This document shows, one piece after another, positions 1-12,840 of a DNA stretch of 64,000 bases (position 1 is the stretch's first letter; every line of letters begins with the position of its first letter). Source of the stretch: Selaginella moellendorffii (taxonomy: Eukaryota > Plantae > Lycopodiophyta); the NCBI RefSeq assembly GCF_000143415.4, contig NW_003314268.1, positions 1,069,247 through 1,133,246 on the forward strand, written 5' to 3'. The notes below the pieces were generated by a model that saw only the letters and a program-made list of their open reading frames with translations, made no database searches and was not told the origin of the DNA. Position numbers and translations under genes: made by a program.

Positions 1-3000
1 GCACACCAAGCCTCCAATTCTTAACATCTTGGTACAACAAAACTTAATTATATGATTCTCTAAATTCTAAGCTTTGGGTGCAACACTTGCTTTGGGACAC
101 TAGAAGGAAACACTGTGGCATAACGGCCCAATATGGGTACTCTTACTCCCCCACTTCCATCCCGAAGGGAAGACCCAAGCCCTTATGAAGGGTGAGGATT
201 AATAAGCCACAAAGTATTCAAGTGGGGCACTACTCTATATAAGTTGGAAGCACTGCAGTCGGTTTCCTTTTTAGGGGTGGGAGCTACTCTTGAGCACGTC
301 TTTGGGTAGCCCCTCCGACACCACCCTAGTCCATGCTCACTCCCACCCAAAGCCCTTCAACCCCAGTTTTAACCTCAAGTCAGTTTAGAAGCACTACTAA
401 AGAGTTCTTTCAAAACTGATTTCTGTACCTCATTATCCCTACTATACTTTTGGACCCCCCCCCTGGAGACACACGCTTTGGACTCGGTCTTGATTTCGAT
501 CTCAGACTCGACCTCGGACTCGTCCTTGGACCCGATCTCGAACTCAATCTTGGACCCGACCTTGGACTCTATCTTAGACCCGATCTTGGATCTCAGACTC
601 AGTCTCGAACTCAATCTTGGATTCGGTCTCAAACTCGGTCTCGGACTCGGTCTCAAATTCGATCTCGGACTCGGTTTTAGAGTCGGTCTTGGACTCGATC
701 TTTGACTTGGTCTCATCTGATGAACTCTTTATCATTTTGGTCATGCTTTCAGGGATCCTTTAGCCTTCGATACCTCGGGGAGTTAATTCCTTACAATTAA
801 CAAGTAGAGTAACCATATCTTCATGTTAAACCACTAGTATACTAAAATAGCACTAGATTTTGTTTAGCTTTATTTTATGTGTTAATTTTGGCATTGAGGT
901 ACTAAAACCTCAAAGATTATTTTGGAGTTGCTTTGTGCTCATGTTTCTATGCTCTTTGGCTATATGCTCAAGTGTTATTCAATACTCTTATTCCTTCACT
1001 TCTTATTTGTATGATTGGGAATTATTGTGTGCTTCTATACTTTTACTCCTTGGTTGTATGCTTGGGATTTGAGTCTTGCTCCATTGCTTTTGGCACACAT
1101 GTTCAAGGGTTAGATTTTGCTTCATGGTTATTGTGTTGTATAAACTTTTGCTTAGGCTTATAAAAATGGATTTGAGATGTACTATTTGTATGAGTTTACT
1201 TGGGCTCATGACTGAAGTATATTAACAACTTAAAGTCACATATTAAGTTGGCAAAATTAGTGTTAGCCTTTTAGTAGTTATCATATAAGCTATTACCATG
1301 TTATTATAGGTAAGCCTTGGGTTTGACATGAGTGGCAAATAAACTAGTCTATAAGTATATAATATGACACTAGTTGATCATTTGATTATGAGTGGATCAA
1401 ACAAGACTATAGGGATTAGTCTATAATTCAAATAATCATTGCCATATTCTTTCATAAACTCTTCTTATAGGATTGAAAGCAGTGTGAATGCAAGTTTAAG
1501 GTTTAATTAAAGTTGAGGCCAAAAAGAGAGTCATAATAGACAAAGGATCAAACATGTAAATCATTTTTCTCTAAAAAATGATTTGCAATAAAATGTGATC
1601 TCATTACTTGTGTTTATGTCATCTGATCAGGAGTCTCTACTTCAATACATATTGGTTATAGTGATTTTACAAGTGGTGTGCTATAAGATGGATAACAAAG
1701 AAGTGTTAAACCATTTTGTTTAGGCTTGTTAATGGAAAGTTAATGTTGTAATGCTTAATTTTTCGCAAGAAGCCTTACTATTACTCTTTGAGTAGCTTGG
1801 TGTTAGATTATTTTTGAGTTTGGTTGGAAAGTAGGTGATATCAATTTATTTATATTGTAAATAAAACTAATGGTGTTATATTTATTAGTGGGATGTGGCA
1901 TTTATGTTTTATTTTATCAATTAAAGTTGTTACTTGATAATATGATAAATCTTTGTAGTAATATTATGAGCTTACTCATTGTATTGCTCAATTTGATGAT
2001 CAAATTATTGTGATTCTATATCATATTTTAATGTTCATGAGCAATGTATTTATGAAGTTATTTATTCAAACAATAATCAACCCCAAATTGGTTGATAGTG
2101 ATGTCTACTTGCAAGTAATAACATTGTAATAGCTTTGATTGAGTTTTCAAAGGTGATCCATTATACTAAACTAGAGTTAGTACCTTAGTTCCTATTCATT
2201 AGGTTTTGAAAAGGTTTTAACATTCATTTATTATACATTGTCAATGAATTTATTAGTATTTAAAATAGATTATTGGATAGAGAAGGTGTGTAGTTGAGAT
2301 GTTAACATCACTAACACTTATGTTAGTGAAAGTTATAGAATTATATTGAGTGAGGAGAACTTTTCCTTAGAACTTGATTTTTTATGTTATTTTTCTTGTT
2401 AGTGTTTAACTTATACTTGATCTTGAAGGTGATTGAAAAAGAATGTTAGTGAAATATTTAGTATTTATAATTAAATTTTAGGTATTTATTATGATATTAA
2501 TGTTGAATATTTAAGCATGTTATTAAATACTTTAGTATTTTATTGGGTCATAAGAATTTGTGTTAAGGTGAACCTATGTGATGTTGTAAATAAAAAGAAG
2601 TTGGTTAAGTCTTAAAAATTTGCATTCTTAGTCTAAGAGTCATTCTTTCTTTAGGATAGAAAATTTTTCACACATTTTTTAGACTTTTTTAATGGTTGAT
2701 ATATTATTTATTTTGCCTAAAAACCATTCTATTTTTGTAAACTATTACAAACTAGTGAAAGGGTTGGAATTGACTTCAGTTAGATTAGACTTTAGTAAAT
2801 AGTTTATATACTTAAAAGGGATGCTAACTTTTAGGGTTAAGACAATTGAGTTGAATGAAATTTAGAGTTGAAGTAGAAAAGTGGTTATTACATTTTTCTA
2901 AGAAAATGATTTTTATACTTTTCTTCTAAATATTATGCTCAATGGTAAGTTACACTTTGCATTTGGTATGAGAATAGTGAGCTCTCATTGATTTTGACTT

Positions 3001-3240
3001 GGTTTTGGTAGCCCTATGCATTTGGTTGGTTGAGGATAATGATGTGTAACTTAATTATTTGTGGTTGAGGTGTTAGTACTCGTATTATAATTTTATCCAT
3101 TAGGAAGTTGTGTACATATATGAGCTAATTTAATAGTCTTCACTTTAGTTTTGCTTAGTGTTGATTATTTATAATTAGCCTCTTCAGTTATACTCAAAGT
3201 TATTGGCTAAATGTATTAGTGTTTATTGTTGTACAATTAA
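1..3240. mobile_element. Heavily decayed retroelement-like sequence (AT-rich, CpG-depleted, no long ORF)
   Basis: No intact ORF. Faint RT-like remnants near 2200-2700 on +. The 1-860 part resembles, in reverse complement, the decayed repeat at about 20100-20800. Family assignment is tentative. Confidence 0.4.
478..716. repeat. Degenerate 6/12-bp tandem array (gactcg/gtctcg/atcttg units)
   Basis: Visible periodicity, e.g. gactcggtcttg, gactcgatcttt, aactcggtctcg. It produces the low-complexity ORFs 375-716 and 450-705. Confidence 0.85.
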
Positions 3241-5191
3241 AGTCAAGTAGTCACGTTATCTGTACTTAACCCACTAACCTTGACGTATTCTCCCTTGTAA
3301 AATCAAGCATCCTCTTATCCCATTTGAAGCTTTGACCATAATCATTTATAAGCTTGGTGATTACTGAAGCACTTCGAATAAAGCATTGCATTGTTGTTAA
3401 AATTTGTAAGAAGCTCACTAAAAACATAAGTTCCATACCATTAAGAAAAGTGCTAATACTCTTGAGCTTTCCACCATTGATGTGCTTTCCTGGGTCAACC
3501 AGCTTTCATCAGACTTAGAGCATCAATTTCAGTCTTTATTCTACTATTTTCTGTAAGCCCCTAACCTTTACTCGTTCCTATAGTAGCTCATTTGTCTCCT
3601 TAAGAACCTTGAGAGCAATAATGTGTAATGTAATGTAAATAGAGGCAAAAAAATCTTGCTGAAATCTTGCTGATGATGTAGTCAAAATATGACCTTTAAC
3701 ACCAGCAATTGTAGCATCTACAATATTGCCCAATTGCAAACAACAAACCCCTGTAAGCACACTTAGCATCATTCATGGTGGATTTAAACATCTTCATATG
3801 TGTTCCCCTGTTATTATTCACCACCAACACCTTTGACAAGGAACAACACCACCTTCTACAGAAAAGAGTCAAATATAAAAATAAGTAAGAACGAAAAAAT
3901 ATTGAGATTGCCAAATGAAAGCTTGAGGAGTTAACATTCAGCTACGTGATCAGTTGTGATAGCATAAACAAGGCTCCATAGCATACACTAAAATGGCAGT
4001 CCAAGAACTTTCATACCATAAAAAACTTCAACTCCCACATAGAAAAACTCCTCAAATTCTGCAATAACATGTTCAAAAACAGTATCTAAAGAGTACACAC
4101 CTTCTAGTTTTATGACATCCTTGCAAATATACAGAACAGACAGTACAAGCTTCTCCACTGCAGCTATTCCACTGGCTCCACCATTAAGCATTGTAATGCA
4201 TATGAGTTATGCATTTTAGTCCTTGTGCCTGAATCCTGGTTGAAATGAGCTTGGCAGAAAGCAATGTGAAGGTCTGGCCATGCACGAATGTATTTGCTGC
4301 AGTTTGGACAACAAGCTGGCAGCTCCCAGCTTTTCTTCTCATTGAAAACGTTTTTATACTCTTGGAACTTCGCACTATACCAGATTTCACAAATTGTTGT
4401 TGAAACTTGATTGTTGTCTCTCAGTATAATAATAATAATAATAATAGTAATATATAATTCACACCTTCCTTAGTTCGCCACAAACCTTGCAAGCTTCTGC
4501 TGCTTTCCATTCACTCTCATGGGATATGGAGGCATGTCTTTGTGAAAACAACCAACATGCCTCTCCATCTTTGATTTTCCCAAATGCCTATATAAATTTT
4601 GTCGACTGCATCCCAAATTTCAGGAATTCAAATCCCTGGCACTATCTCAATCAAACTTCAAATGCTATGCCCCCTATTGTCACCTGAAAAAAGTATCTTC
4701 AACACTTTATCCATGCAATTTTGTGAGCCATCCAATGTTGCAAGAAGCTTCATATTTTTTTGCAAAGCATGATCTTTTATATGTAGCATGTTTGTGGCTA
4801 GAGTAAGAAGAATTTGCCCACTCCCACCTTCATGTTGATTAAAATCCTTTGGTAGATCAGGGCCAACCATTTGAGCATCTTCTATTTGGAAGTAGCACCA
4901 GGTGAGAAGATCTACTACCCTCCACAACTCTAAGGATGTGTCTACTGTAATAATTTGCTGAGAAAAATCATCCATCAAAATGCGTTGCTAAACAAGTAGA
5001 GCATCTACACAGAATCTTTGCTCGAGATGATGAACTCTCACCCTCTTTTGCTTTAGCTTCTCGACGCAGCAGCCGACTAACCCATCTGCCTGCTTGTATC
5101 TCGGACTGAACACGCAAAAAACCTTTGTTCGTAAAACTTCCTATCATATTCAGGCATTAAAGTGAAATTAATTACAATGCCCTAGAGCGGC

Positions 5192-6352
5192 ATGGCGATG
5201 GCTGGAGGAGTGGAATTCGCGAGGGTACGTCTCTGATACGATATCAGTCTCGAATCCTTCTGACCGCAGGTGAGCGCATTCACGGATGATCCATTTGGTG
5301 GAAATCCGGCTGCTGTGTGCATTCTCTCGAGCGAGAGAGAGGACTCATGGCTGCAACGCGTTGCCAAGGAATTCAATCTCTCGGAAACCGCATTCTTAGT
5401 AGATCAATCTCGCGACGAACTCGCGGAAGAGGCAGAGTACAATTTGCGATGGTTCACGCCCAAAGTTGAGGTAACTATTCTTTAGATGGTTTCTTTTGCC
5501 TTGTTTCTACTAAGTCTGCGATTTCTTCTCTATTTGTAGGTTGATCTGTGTGGACATGCAACACTAGCTGCTGCTCACACTCTCTTCATGAATCACGTCC
5601 AGAAGACCTCGATCGTTTTCCATACCAGGTCTGGCGCATTAAAAGCTCGCAAAGTCACAGGCTATGGAGATGCCGAACAAAATCCTCCTTCATCGCTCAA
5701 AGCACAAGGCCTTCTGGAGCTTGACTTCCCTCTAGCTTTGGCAACACCGTGTTCTTCTCCGGAAACCACCCGTGTCTCAAACAGCCTTGGAATATCAAGC
5801 GTTGTTTGGTGTGGCAAGACAGACTTGGGAGATTATCTGGTGAGACAATATTCTCTATCTCAGCTTCTTCACAAGTTTTGTGTGACTAGGTGGAGCTTGA
5901 GAGCAGCGAGCAAGTGATGGAGATTGTCCCCAACTTTGACGCCATGCTCGATTTTCCAGGCCGAGGTGGAGTGATTGTCACTTCTCAAGCTCCATCCGAG
6001 AGTGCGGACGATTTCGTGTCGAGGTTTTTCTGTCCAAAGTCGGGTATACTGGAGGTGAGCTACAATGAAAATAGTTCCTTTTTGAAAAGCTATGGTATTT
6101 TTGTAGGATCCAGTGACCGGAAGCGCGCACTGTACACTGGGTCCTTACTGGGCCGAGAAACTCGAAAAGAACAGCGTGCGAGGATATCAGGCAAGACGAA
6201 GTATTTAGTTTCTCTCAAATGAAGCCATGGTTTTCTAGGGCTTGGAGCGAGGAGGACGCGTGTTAGTAACAGTGGACAAAGCCAATGGTAGAGCACACTT
6301 GCAGGGCAGTGCGGTCATTACAATGGCCGGAGTTTTGCTTGTCGATGCATGA
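5192..6352 (+). CDS. PhzF/phenazine-biosynthesis-like isomerase (diaminopimelate epimerase-like fold), multi-exon
   Basis: Spliced motifs AFTDDPFGGNPAAV, EFNLSETAF, LRWFTPKVEVDLCGHATLA, FVSRFFCP, EDPVTGSAHC, RGG...LQGSAVITM. ATG 5192, TGA 6350-6352. Last intron 6191-6238 is GC-AG. Confidence 0.92.
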
Positions 6353-6879
6353 CATGGCTTCGCGACCTTCAATAATTCGTTATTGGTTTTCTGTAATAAT
6401 ACCGTTAAATTAAAACAAATAAATCCAAACCATAACCTTACCAAAGTATTAACTCGCCGCATGTCATCAATGTTTTCGTGCGAGGACTTGACTTGCCGTT
6501 GAAATGTCAATAATGTTCTACGTAGGCAGCAATCTACAGCAACTCGCATTGCATTTTTACAACTCCCCGACTGATTCGTTCATGCGCGTGTCCTCAGCGG
6601 TAGAATGCTTGACCGCCGAGGCTCGAGGCCCCGACGTGTTCCCGATGGTCAGCTCTCGAGTCATGAAGTTCTTGCCCTTGCACAATTGAGAAATATCAAG
6701 TCTAGACTCTGGGAATGTCCAAGAAACCGCACTAACAAGCGAATTGAGTGGAACTTTCTCGTACCAAACACTTACATTTCTCACCATTGGGCCATCCCAA
6801 GTGAAGAACACTGTTATAAGCTTTGGCTGGAGTGCAAAAAAGTAAGTGACAAATATTCTACATGTTTCAATGAATGTAT

Positions 6880-6953
6880 TGTTTAGGCCCGGGATTAAAC
6901 CGGGGACCTCTAGTGTGTGAGACTAGCGTGATGACCAACTACACCATCCTCAT
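6880..6953 (-). pseudogene. tRNA-Val(CAC) pseudogene
   Basis: Reverse complement matches the 12841 tRNA across the D and anticodon arms. The acceptor stem (atgagga/cctaaac) is mostly unpaired and the T-loop is tttaatc instead of ttcgaac. Confidence 0.85.
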
Positions 6954-7024
6954 TCATATGTCTTTGCCCACAAAAGATTCTTTTAGCATGAAGAACAAAC
7001 TTTGTATCTCCACTATTTTTCTCT

Positions 7025-7325
7025 CAATCATTGGAAGGTAGACGCTGCAAATGTTCTTGCAAAATTCAAATGGTTTGTTGCTGATGAAGGCTGTGCTCAA
7101 GATATGCAGACCTCTTCTTGACAATAGAGCTTCACGATATGCTTATATTAACGCAGGTGTGACAAACCACGAAGTGGATGTAGATCCACGCTACACGTTC
7201 ACTGGCGAATTCAAAGTGAACGACGTCCTCGAAATGATAAAGAAGAAGTGTATCTGTGTGGAGTCGATTCAGGAGATTTCTGACACAGACAAGACACCAG
7301 CTGTTGCTGCTCTTCTTGCTGCTAG
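7025..7325 (+). pseudogene. Broken copy of the HMA/poly-Cys gene
   Basis: Aligns to 12345-12746 (DPRYTFTGEFKVNDVLEMIKKKCICVESIQEI). The ATG is lost, most of exon 2 including CxxC is deleted, and the Cys tail is frameshifted. Confidence 0.85.
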
Positions 7326-8114
7326 TTTCATCAAGAGTGGTCTGAAGTGTGACCGTCGATAGAAGTTTTAAGTTCTTTTTATCGCCAATTCTTTGCTTTC
7401 TGTGTCAGCTCAATCTCAAGAGTTGTCATATGTGGATCCATGGAATATAAGGATGGGAGTAAAAACATCGTTGCGTCCTGGAAGTGGAACTCTTCCATAA
7501 AAACTATATGAATTCCTCAATTGTAGCACTCTTCTCGGTGGCCTTTAGGTTGTCGTCCACCTTGTGAAGTTGTAAATTACTTCGCTTTCTGCAAAACCTG
7601 GAAATTTGAGAGAGAATAAAAAAGCACGACATTTGCTGTTCAAAAGAACAGCAAACCTGTAGACTTTATCAAAAGCCTTAATTCATTGTACCGCCGTTGG
7701 ACAAAGATACACTATCTCACATCATGTCAAAGTCAATTTTTATCAACGGGGACTTGACTTGACCGCTGAATAGTCAAGCGCACGTGTGTCAACAGCCTTG
7801 AAATTTAAACATTGCCGCTCCCGCCAAGATGGGAGGACCACTTCAACGTAGCACTCGCGGTGTTATCAAAAAGAAATAGATGCTACAATTATAGATGCCA
7901 AAAGCAACTCCCGGAGGCTTCTATGCGTGACTTGGCGTTAGACCAGGTATTTCTTTCACCTAATTTTTGTAATCCCGAGCACACCATCGCAACAGGAGAT
8001 GCATATTCATTCATTCATTAACTCTTTACAAGGTCTTGTAGTGCCCTTATAGTGAGTTGTTTTGATGATGAAAAGAACATCATCTCAATCCCAGCAAAAC
8101 TCAAGTGGCCCACC

Positions 8115-8315
8115 TGCAAGATGTCGATGCAAATGTTGCCGTGCTGATCGACATTGGGATGGAAACATGGCGTCTCAAGGTGGCTTGAATGGATAATTGG
8201 TGGGAAAGCGCAGCAAGAGCTTGAAAGAGAGACCTTCATACACAGTCTCCCTTGATGATGCCAATCCATGTAAAGATGTTGTCACCATGTGGAAACGCTG
8301 AAATTCTGGGATCCC
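8115..8315 (-). pseudogene. Ubiquitin-conjugating enzyme E2 (UBC19/20, UBE2C-like) pseudogene fragment
   Basis: ISAFPHGDNIFTWIG, ETVYEGLSFKL..FPTNYPFKPP and ETPCFHPNVDQHGNICIDILQ, broken by small deletions/frameshifts. No C-terminal exon found. Confidence 0.8.
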
Positions 8316-8980
8316 TGCAAGGCTATAGCAAGATCAAAACATAGAAGACACCACTGAGACCAGCTAAGAAAGAAGAAACAATGAGAGCCTTCCAGCCCTT
8401 CACAAACCAAATGGAATAAATCAAGAGCAATCAAGCATAAACATACCAAGTTCATCTTCTCGCATATCTCCTCTTCATCACGCGCCAATCGCAATCCTGG
8501 ATCTTCGCCGCCGCTCTTTTTTCCTTTGCCAGGAAAACCAACTAAAAATTCCCCCACACAAGCACACCTCTCGAATGGCCCACATTTGTTAATAAAAGAC
8601 AGTGCTCTCTGGCCGCGTATCACCTCGACCGCCTATCGCTTATCGCCCTATCGCTTATCGCTTATCGGGCTGGTAAAGTGGTCGCCGATAGTGGTTTTTT
8701 TTTGCTTTGCTTGTCATCTGTCGGCTATCCAAATAGCCGCATCGGCAGGGAGGGAGGGCTTGATACTATAAACCCTAAAAGGACTTTCAAACAGCTGCTC
8801 CTCCGCCGCGCTGCCACCGCGCTCCAGCACGCTGCGCCGCTTCCCGCCACAGCGCAATCATCCTCCGCCCACCATTCTCTGCGTCACTACGCCTTTACCC
8901 GCGGGAATGCGGGAACTCAAATTTGTAAATAATTTTAACTGGAATTAATTTCAATTATAAAGGTTCATGTGATTCCAGCA

Positions 8981-9391
8981 TTAGGAGGAAGAGCAGCAGC
9001 AGCAGCAGCAATCGTCCTTTGGCTTCGGCTTGGGCTTTTCCACCTTGATCTCCTGGAAGGATTCCACAGATATACACTTCCGTTTCTTCTCGATGGCTTT
9101 GAAGATGTCGTCCACCTTGAAATCACCTGTGAAGGTGTAAAGGGGATCTTTAACCTCCACTTTCTTCACACCTGCAAGAGCACGAAGATCTCTTGATCAG
9201 CGATCACAGCATCGAAATTTGGGAGAATTCGCGGAATCTACACTCACCGGAGACGCCGTGATAGATCTGAGACATCATCTGGTCCTTGCATTTGTTGCAA
9301 GAGTCCACTTTCAAGACAACCTGCAGCGAAGAGCTCGAGATCAAACAAGGTTCAAGGAAATCAGTGGCGCAGTGCTCACCTTCCAAGTCAT
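8981..9391 (-). CDS. Small HMA-domain (HIPP-like) protein with C-terminal poly-Cys tail, 3 exons
   Basis: Exons 9391-9380, 9320-9248, 9171-8981 (GT-AG) give MTWKVVLKVDSCNKCKDQMMSQIYHGVSGVKKVEVKDPLYTFTGDFKVDDIFKAIEKKRK...KPKPKPKDDCCCCCCSSS*. VVLKV..CxxC..GV..VEV fits an HMA fold. Confidence 0.8.
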
Positions 9392-9481
9392 CTTGATTGT
9401 CTAAGAATTCGACTGAGATTCAGATCACAACTCACAACTTGAGACACTAGATTATCGCGATCAACCAGAGGTGGGGAGACG

Positions 9482-9630
9482 GAGAAGCAGAAGAGAAGAG
9501 GGCCCTGCTGCTGACTGGGGAGACGTCATGAATTTATATCCGAGAAGATTCCCAACAGGTCCGAGAAGCAGAAGAGAAGAGGGCCCTGCTGGGAGACGTC
9601 ATGAATTTTTGATCGAGAAGATTTCCAACA
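9482..9630. repeat. About 80-bp direct tandem duplication upstream of the HMA gene
   Basis: gagaagcagaagagaagagggccctgctg...ggagacgtcatgaattt...cgagaagatt.ccaaca occurs twice. Confidence 0.8.
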
Positions 9631-9710
9631 CGATGAAGTGCTCCTTCGTGGAAATGAATTTGCTTTTTTCCTCAGATGCAAAACTTTTTTGACTGGAAAG
9701 CATTAAAAGT

Positions 9711-9766
9711 TAGCGCGTAGGTCCTGAGAAATCCCTAGGTCGAGAGTTCGAGCCTCTCTCACCCCA
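9711..9766 (+). pseudogene. 5'-truncated elongator tRNA-Met remnant with intact B-box
   Basis: tagcgcgtaggtc...aatcc.taggtcgagagttcgagcctctctcacccca matches the 3' two-thirds of plant intron-containing tRNA-Met(e) as recalled. The 5' acceptor strand and anticodon are missing. Confidence 0.75.
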
Positions 9767-9887
9767 ATTCCATTTTCTTTTTCTGCCAACTTTTTCAAAT
9801 CCTTTACCATTTGCCCAAGAGCCCTAGAATCGCCCTAATTTTTGAACCGTTGCACAGGAAATGTAGGGCTTGATCTTTCTTGGAGCG

Positions 9888-11497
9888 ATGGATTGGTCCG
9901 CGCTGCCGCTCGACGTCTTCCTCCAGATCTTCCGGTACCACGCTCTCGATTTCCTCTTCTTGCTGGCGATCTCAGGCGTGTGCAAGACCTGGCGCGCTCA
10001 CACCGCCTGGATCGGCACGCTCGTCGTGCGATGGCCGCCGGTGGAAGATCGCCCCCAATTCGACAACCAGGGCGTCATGATCCAGAAGGAGCGCCGCCGA
10101 ATCTGTGGCAACCACGGCGTGGAGCTCCACCTCTGCGATTGCGTCCACGGCGCCATCTCCAGCGTCATCGCGCGCTTCCGCAAGGTATGGTACCTGGATC
10201 TTTGCTGCACGGAGATTTGTCCCCGCGGACCCACGGCAGTGCAAGTCGCCAAGCTCCGCGACGCCGACTGGGCCAAGGTTGTCAAGTCGCTCCTCCATCT
10301 CGAGCTCGCGGCCGGGGTGGTGGATTCCAGGGCCATGAATCACATCCTCCAGTGCAGCGATCTCCGCGAGCTACGGCTCGTGAGTTTCGAGTTCGCGGAT
10401 GGATTGGAGTACCCGCTGCTCGGGGATGCCGGCGAGTTCTCGAGCTCCAGCGGCGTTTTGGAGAATCTCTGCCGGCTTTACATCCTCACGTCCTCCATGC
10501 AAGAGGAGGCGCTCAAGAGGTTCCTGGAGCGCTGCCCGGAGGTGGAGGAGATCGAGCTCAACGCTTGCGGCGCCAAGAGCGAGAGGGAGTTTAACTTCGA
10601 AGCTCCCACCAACTTACACGACTATGATCTCAAGCTCACGTCCTTTAGCCGGTTCAAGAGGGTGAGAGCTGCTGGTGCTCGGCGGCTGGAGATTCTTGGG
10701 GGCCAGCTCTTGATCCTGGAGGAGGCGGAGTGTGTCGAGGAACTGGCGGTGCTGCCCGTGTACATAGAATTCGCGGAGCCCGAAGCCATGAAGAACTTCT
10801 GGAGGCTGACGCTCAAGGGGAGCTTTTGGGAAGTCCATGAAGCTATGTCGGCTTGCCAGACGGCTCCCACGACCAAGAGGCTTTGTCTGGACGATGATTT
10901 TGGAGTCTACTTTTTCCCGTACGTGCAGAGAGATGAAAACGACGACTCGGTCGAGTGCTACAAGCTTTTCTCGCTCATGTTTCGGGGAGGTTCTCTGGAG
11001 GAGCTGGAACTCAAGTATGGTTTCCTTTGCAGGGTAAGTTCTTACCTTCTCTTGTCGTTGCATGACTTGACAATGGTTTGGTTTTTCTTGTTTTCAGATG
11101 TGGCTAAACGAGCAACAGGAAGAACTGAGTGAGCTTCTGCCGAAAATGCCAAAGATTGAGATCCTCGTTCTGGACCTCCACGTACGTCCCGAGAAGGAGC
11201 CCAACATTCCGAGGTTTGCAGATTCAGTCGAGTCGCTCATCAGCTCTTGCAACATGGATTGGATCTCGCTAAGCTTCGGCGGGGACAACAACGAGGACGT
11301 CAACTTCCACCGGGAGTGTTTTGACAAGGAGCTGTTTTCTTCGGTTGTACAGAATGGTAATTTTCTTTCTTTGTTTCCGCAAGTTCTTGCTGATACACTT
11401 TCTTTTTCTGTTATTTGCAACAGTTGTGCGCCATGGAAACCCCGGACCTTGTCCCGAGGACGTACGCCTTCAGCAAAACTCGGATGTTAAGCGCTAG
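9888..11497 (+). CDS. F-box protein with LRR/RNI-like region, 3 exons
   Basis: N-terminal F-box MDWSALPLDVFLQIF...ISGVCKTWR followed by LxxLxL repeats. Exons 9888-11033, 11098-11356, 11424-11497, GT-AG and in frame. Confidence 0.85.
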
Positions 11498-11780
11498 AGT
11501 TTTGCTATTTACACACACACACACACACACACAACCAGGTATTTGGCTTCAAAATCAAGTTGATTCCAGCATATCCAAAGCTTATGTGAAGACAACATGC
11601 CAACGATTGGCGAGAGTTAACTAGCAGCGATAGCACTGGATTAATCGGCTCTGAAACCTCTTGGGTGAGTTCCACATATATATTTATCTTATCTTCTCGG
11701 CAACTTAGGAGAGCATTCATATATGAGATTTTTATTTTAGTCTAGGATTACGTGCCTGAAACGTCGTCATTGCTCTAACC

Positions 11781-12212
11781 ACGCAAAGGAGTGATCCGGA
11801 AACTTGGGGACTCTGGTGAATGATATATATGGTCATTCGAATGTGACCTTGTTTATCTTGACGCGAACACATGCATTGTGACAATAGTGGCAAAAGGTCT
11901 CAAATCATAGCGGTCAGGTTGGCAAAAGGTCTCAAATCATAGCGGTCAAGTGCTACGACTGAGATTTTCTATTGAAGAGTTTCGTTTCCAGGACGCAAAG
12001 GAATGATCCGGAAACTTGGGGACTCTGGTGAATAATATATATGGTCATTCGAATGTGACCTTGTTTATCTTGACGCGAACACATGCACTGTGCCAATAGT
12101 GGCAAAAGGTCTCAAATCATAGCGGTCAGGTTGGCAAAAGGTCTCAAATCATAGCGGTCAAGTGCTACGGCTGAGATTTTCTATTGAAGAGTTTCGTTTC
12201 CAGGACGCAAAG
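11781..12212. repeat. 212-bp tandem duplication, each unit with a nested 32-bp tandem duplication
   Basis: acgcaaag recurs at 11781, 11993 and 12205. tggcaaaaggtctcaaatcatagcggtca occurs twice per unit. Units differ by only a few substitutions. Confidence 0.92.
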
Positions 12213-12344
12213 ATGTTCTTACTACCATCCTTTGAATCCACACAGATGAAAACTTGAGATTGAGCTGACAGAATATATGTAGTATAAGAAACTAGGAAAG
12301 CAAGCAATCTAGTTGTCAAGCTTCAGAGACCATTGTCGATGAAA

Positions 12345-12746
12345 CTAGCAGCAAGAAGAGCAGCAACAGCAGGAGTCATGCTTATCTTTGTCCGGCTCCG
12401 CAATCTCCTGAATCGACTCCACGCAGATACACTTTTTCTTCTTCTTTATCATTTCGAGGACGTCGTTCACCTTGAAATCGCCAGTGAACGTGTAGCGCGG
12501 GTCATCCACTTCCAGCTTTGTCACACCTGCGTGCATAAATTAAGCGCATAGGATGAAACAGCTCTATTGCCATGAAGAGATTTCTCTTGGACGAAACTAC
12601 GTGCCTGAGACGTTGTGATAGATCCGAGACACAATCTTGTCTTTGCATTTCGTGCAGGTGCATATCTTGAGCACAACCTTCATCAGCAACAAAACCATTT
12701 TTGTGAATTTTGCAAGAACATTCGCAGCGATTACCTTCCAAGCCAT
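12345..12746 (-). CDS. Small HMA-domain (HIPP-like) protein with poly-Cys tail, 3 exons
   Basis: Exons 12746-12735, 12677-12605, 12526-12345 give MAWKVVLKICTCTKCKDKIVSRIYHNVSGVTKLEVDDPRYTFTGDFKVNDVLEMIKKKKKCICVESIQEIAEPDKDKHDSCCCCSSCC*. Exons 1 and 2 are the same size as in the 8981 paralogue. Intron 2 has a GC donor. Confidence 0.78.
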
Positions 12747-12840
12747 TATCGAGAGCAAAATACTGGAGATAGCTAGGCTTGCTCTTCTCCATTAAATACC
12801 TAAGAAGTCATGACTTTCAATGACTTACTTACCATCATAA

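Noticed and set aside
375-716. Low-complexity ORFs on both strands
   Set aside because: By-products of a 6/12-bp tandem array.
3240-5100. Short minus-strand ORFs that look like a decayed gene
   Set aside because: Many stops and no motif I can recognise; cannot assign.
6557-6811. 84-aa minus-strand ORF next to PhzF
   Set aside because: May be a gene fragment, but no recognisable domain or supported exon structure.
9842-10594. 250-aa alternative-frame ORF in the F-box gene
   Set aside because: GC-rich shadow ORF, Arg/Pro-rich, non-ATG start.
11781-12212. CRISPR-like repeats
   Set aside because: No unique spacers, no cas genes, eukaryotic context; simple nested duplication.
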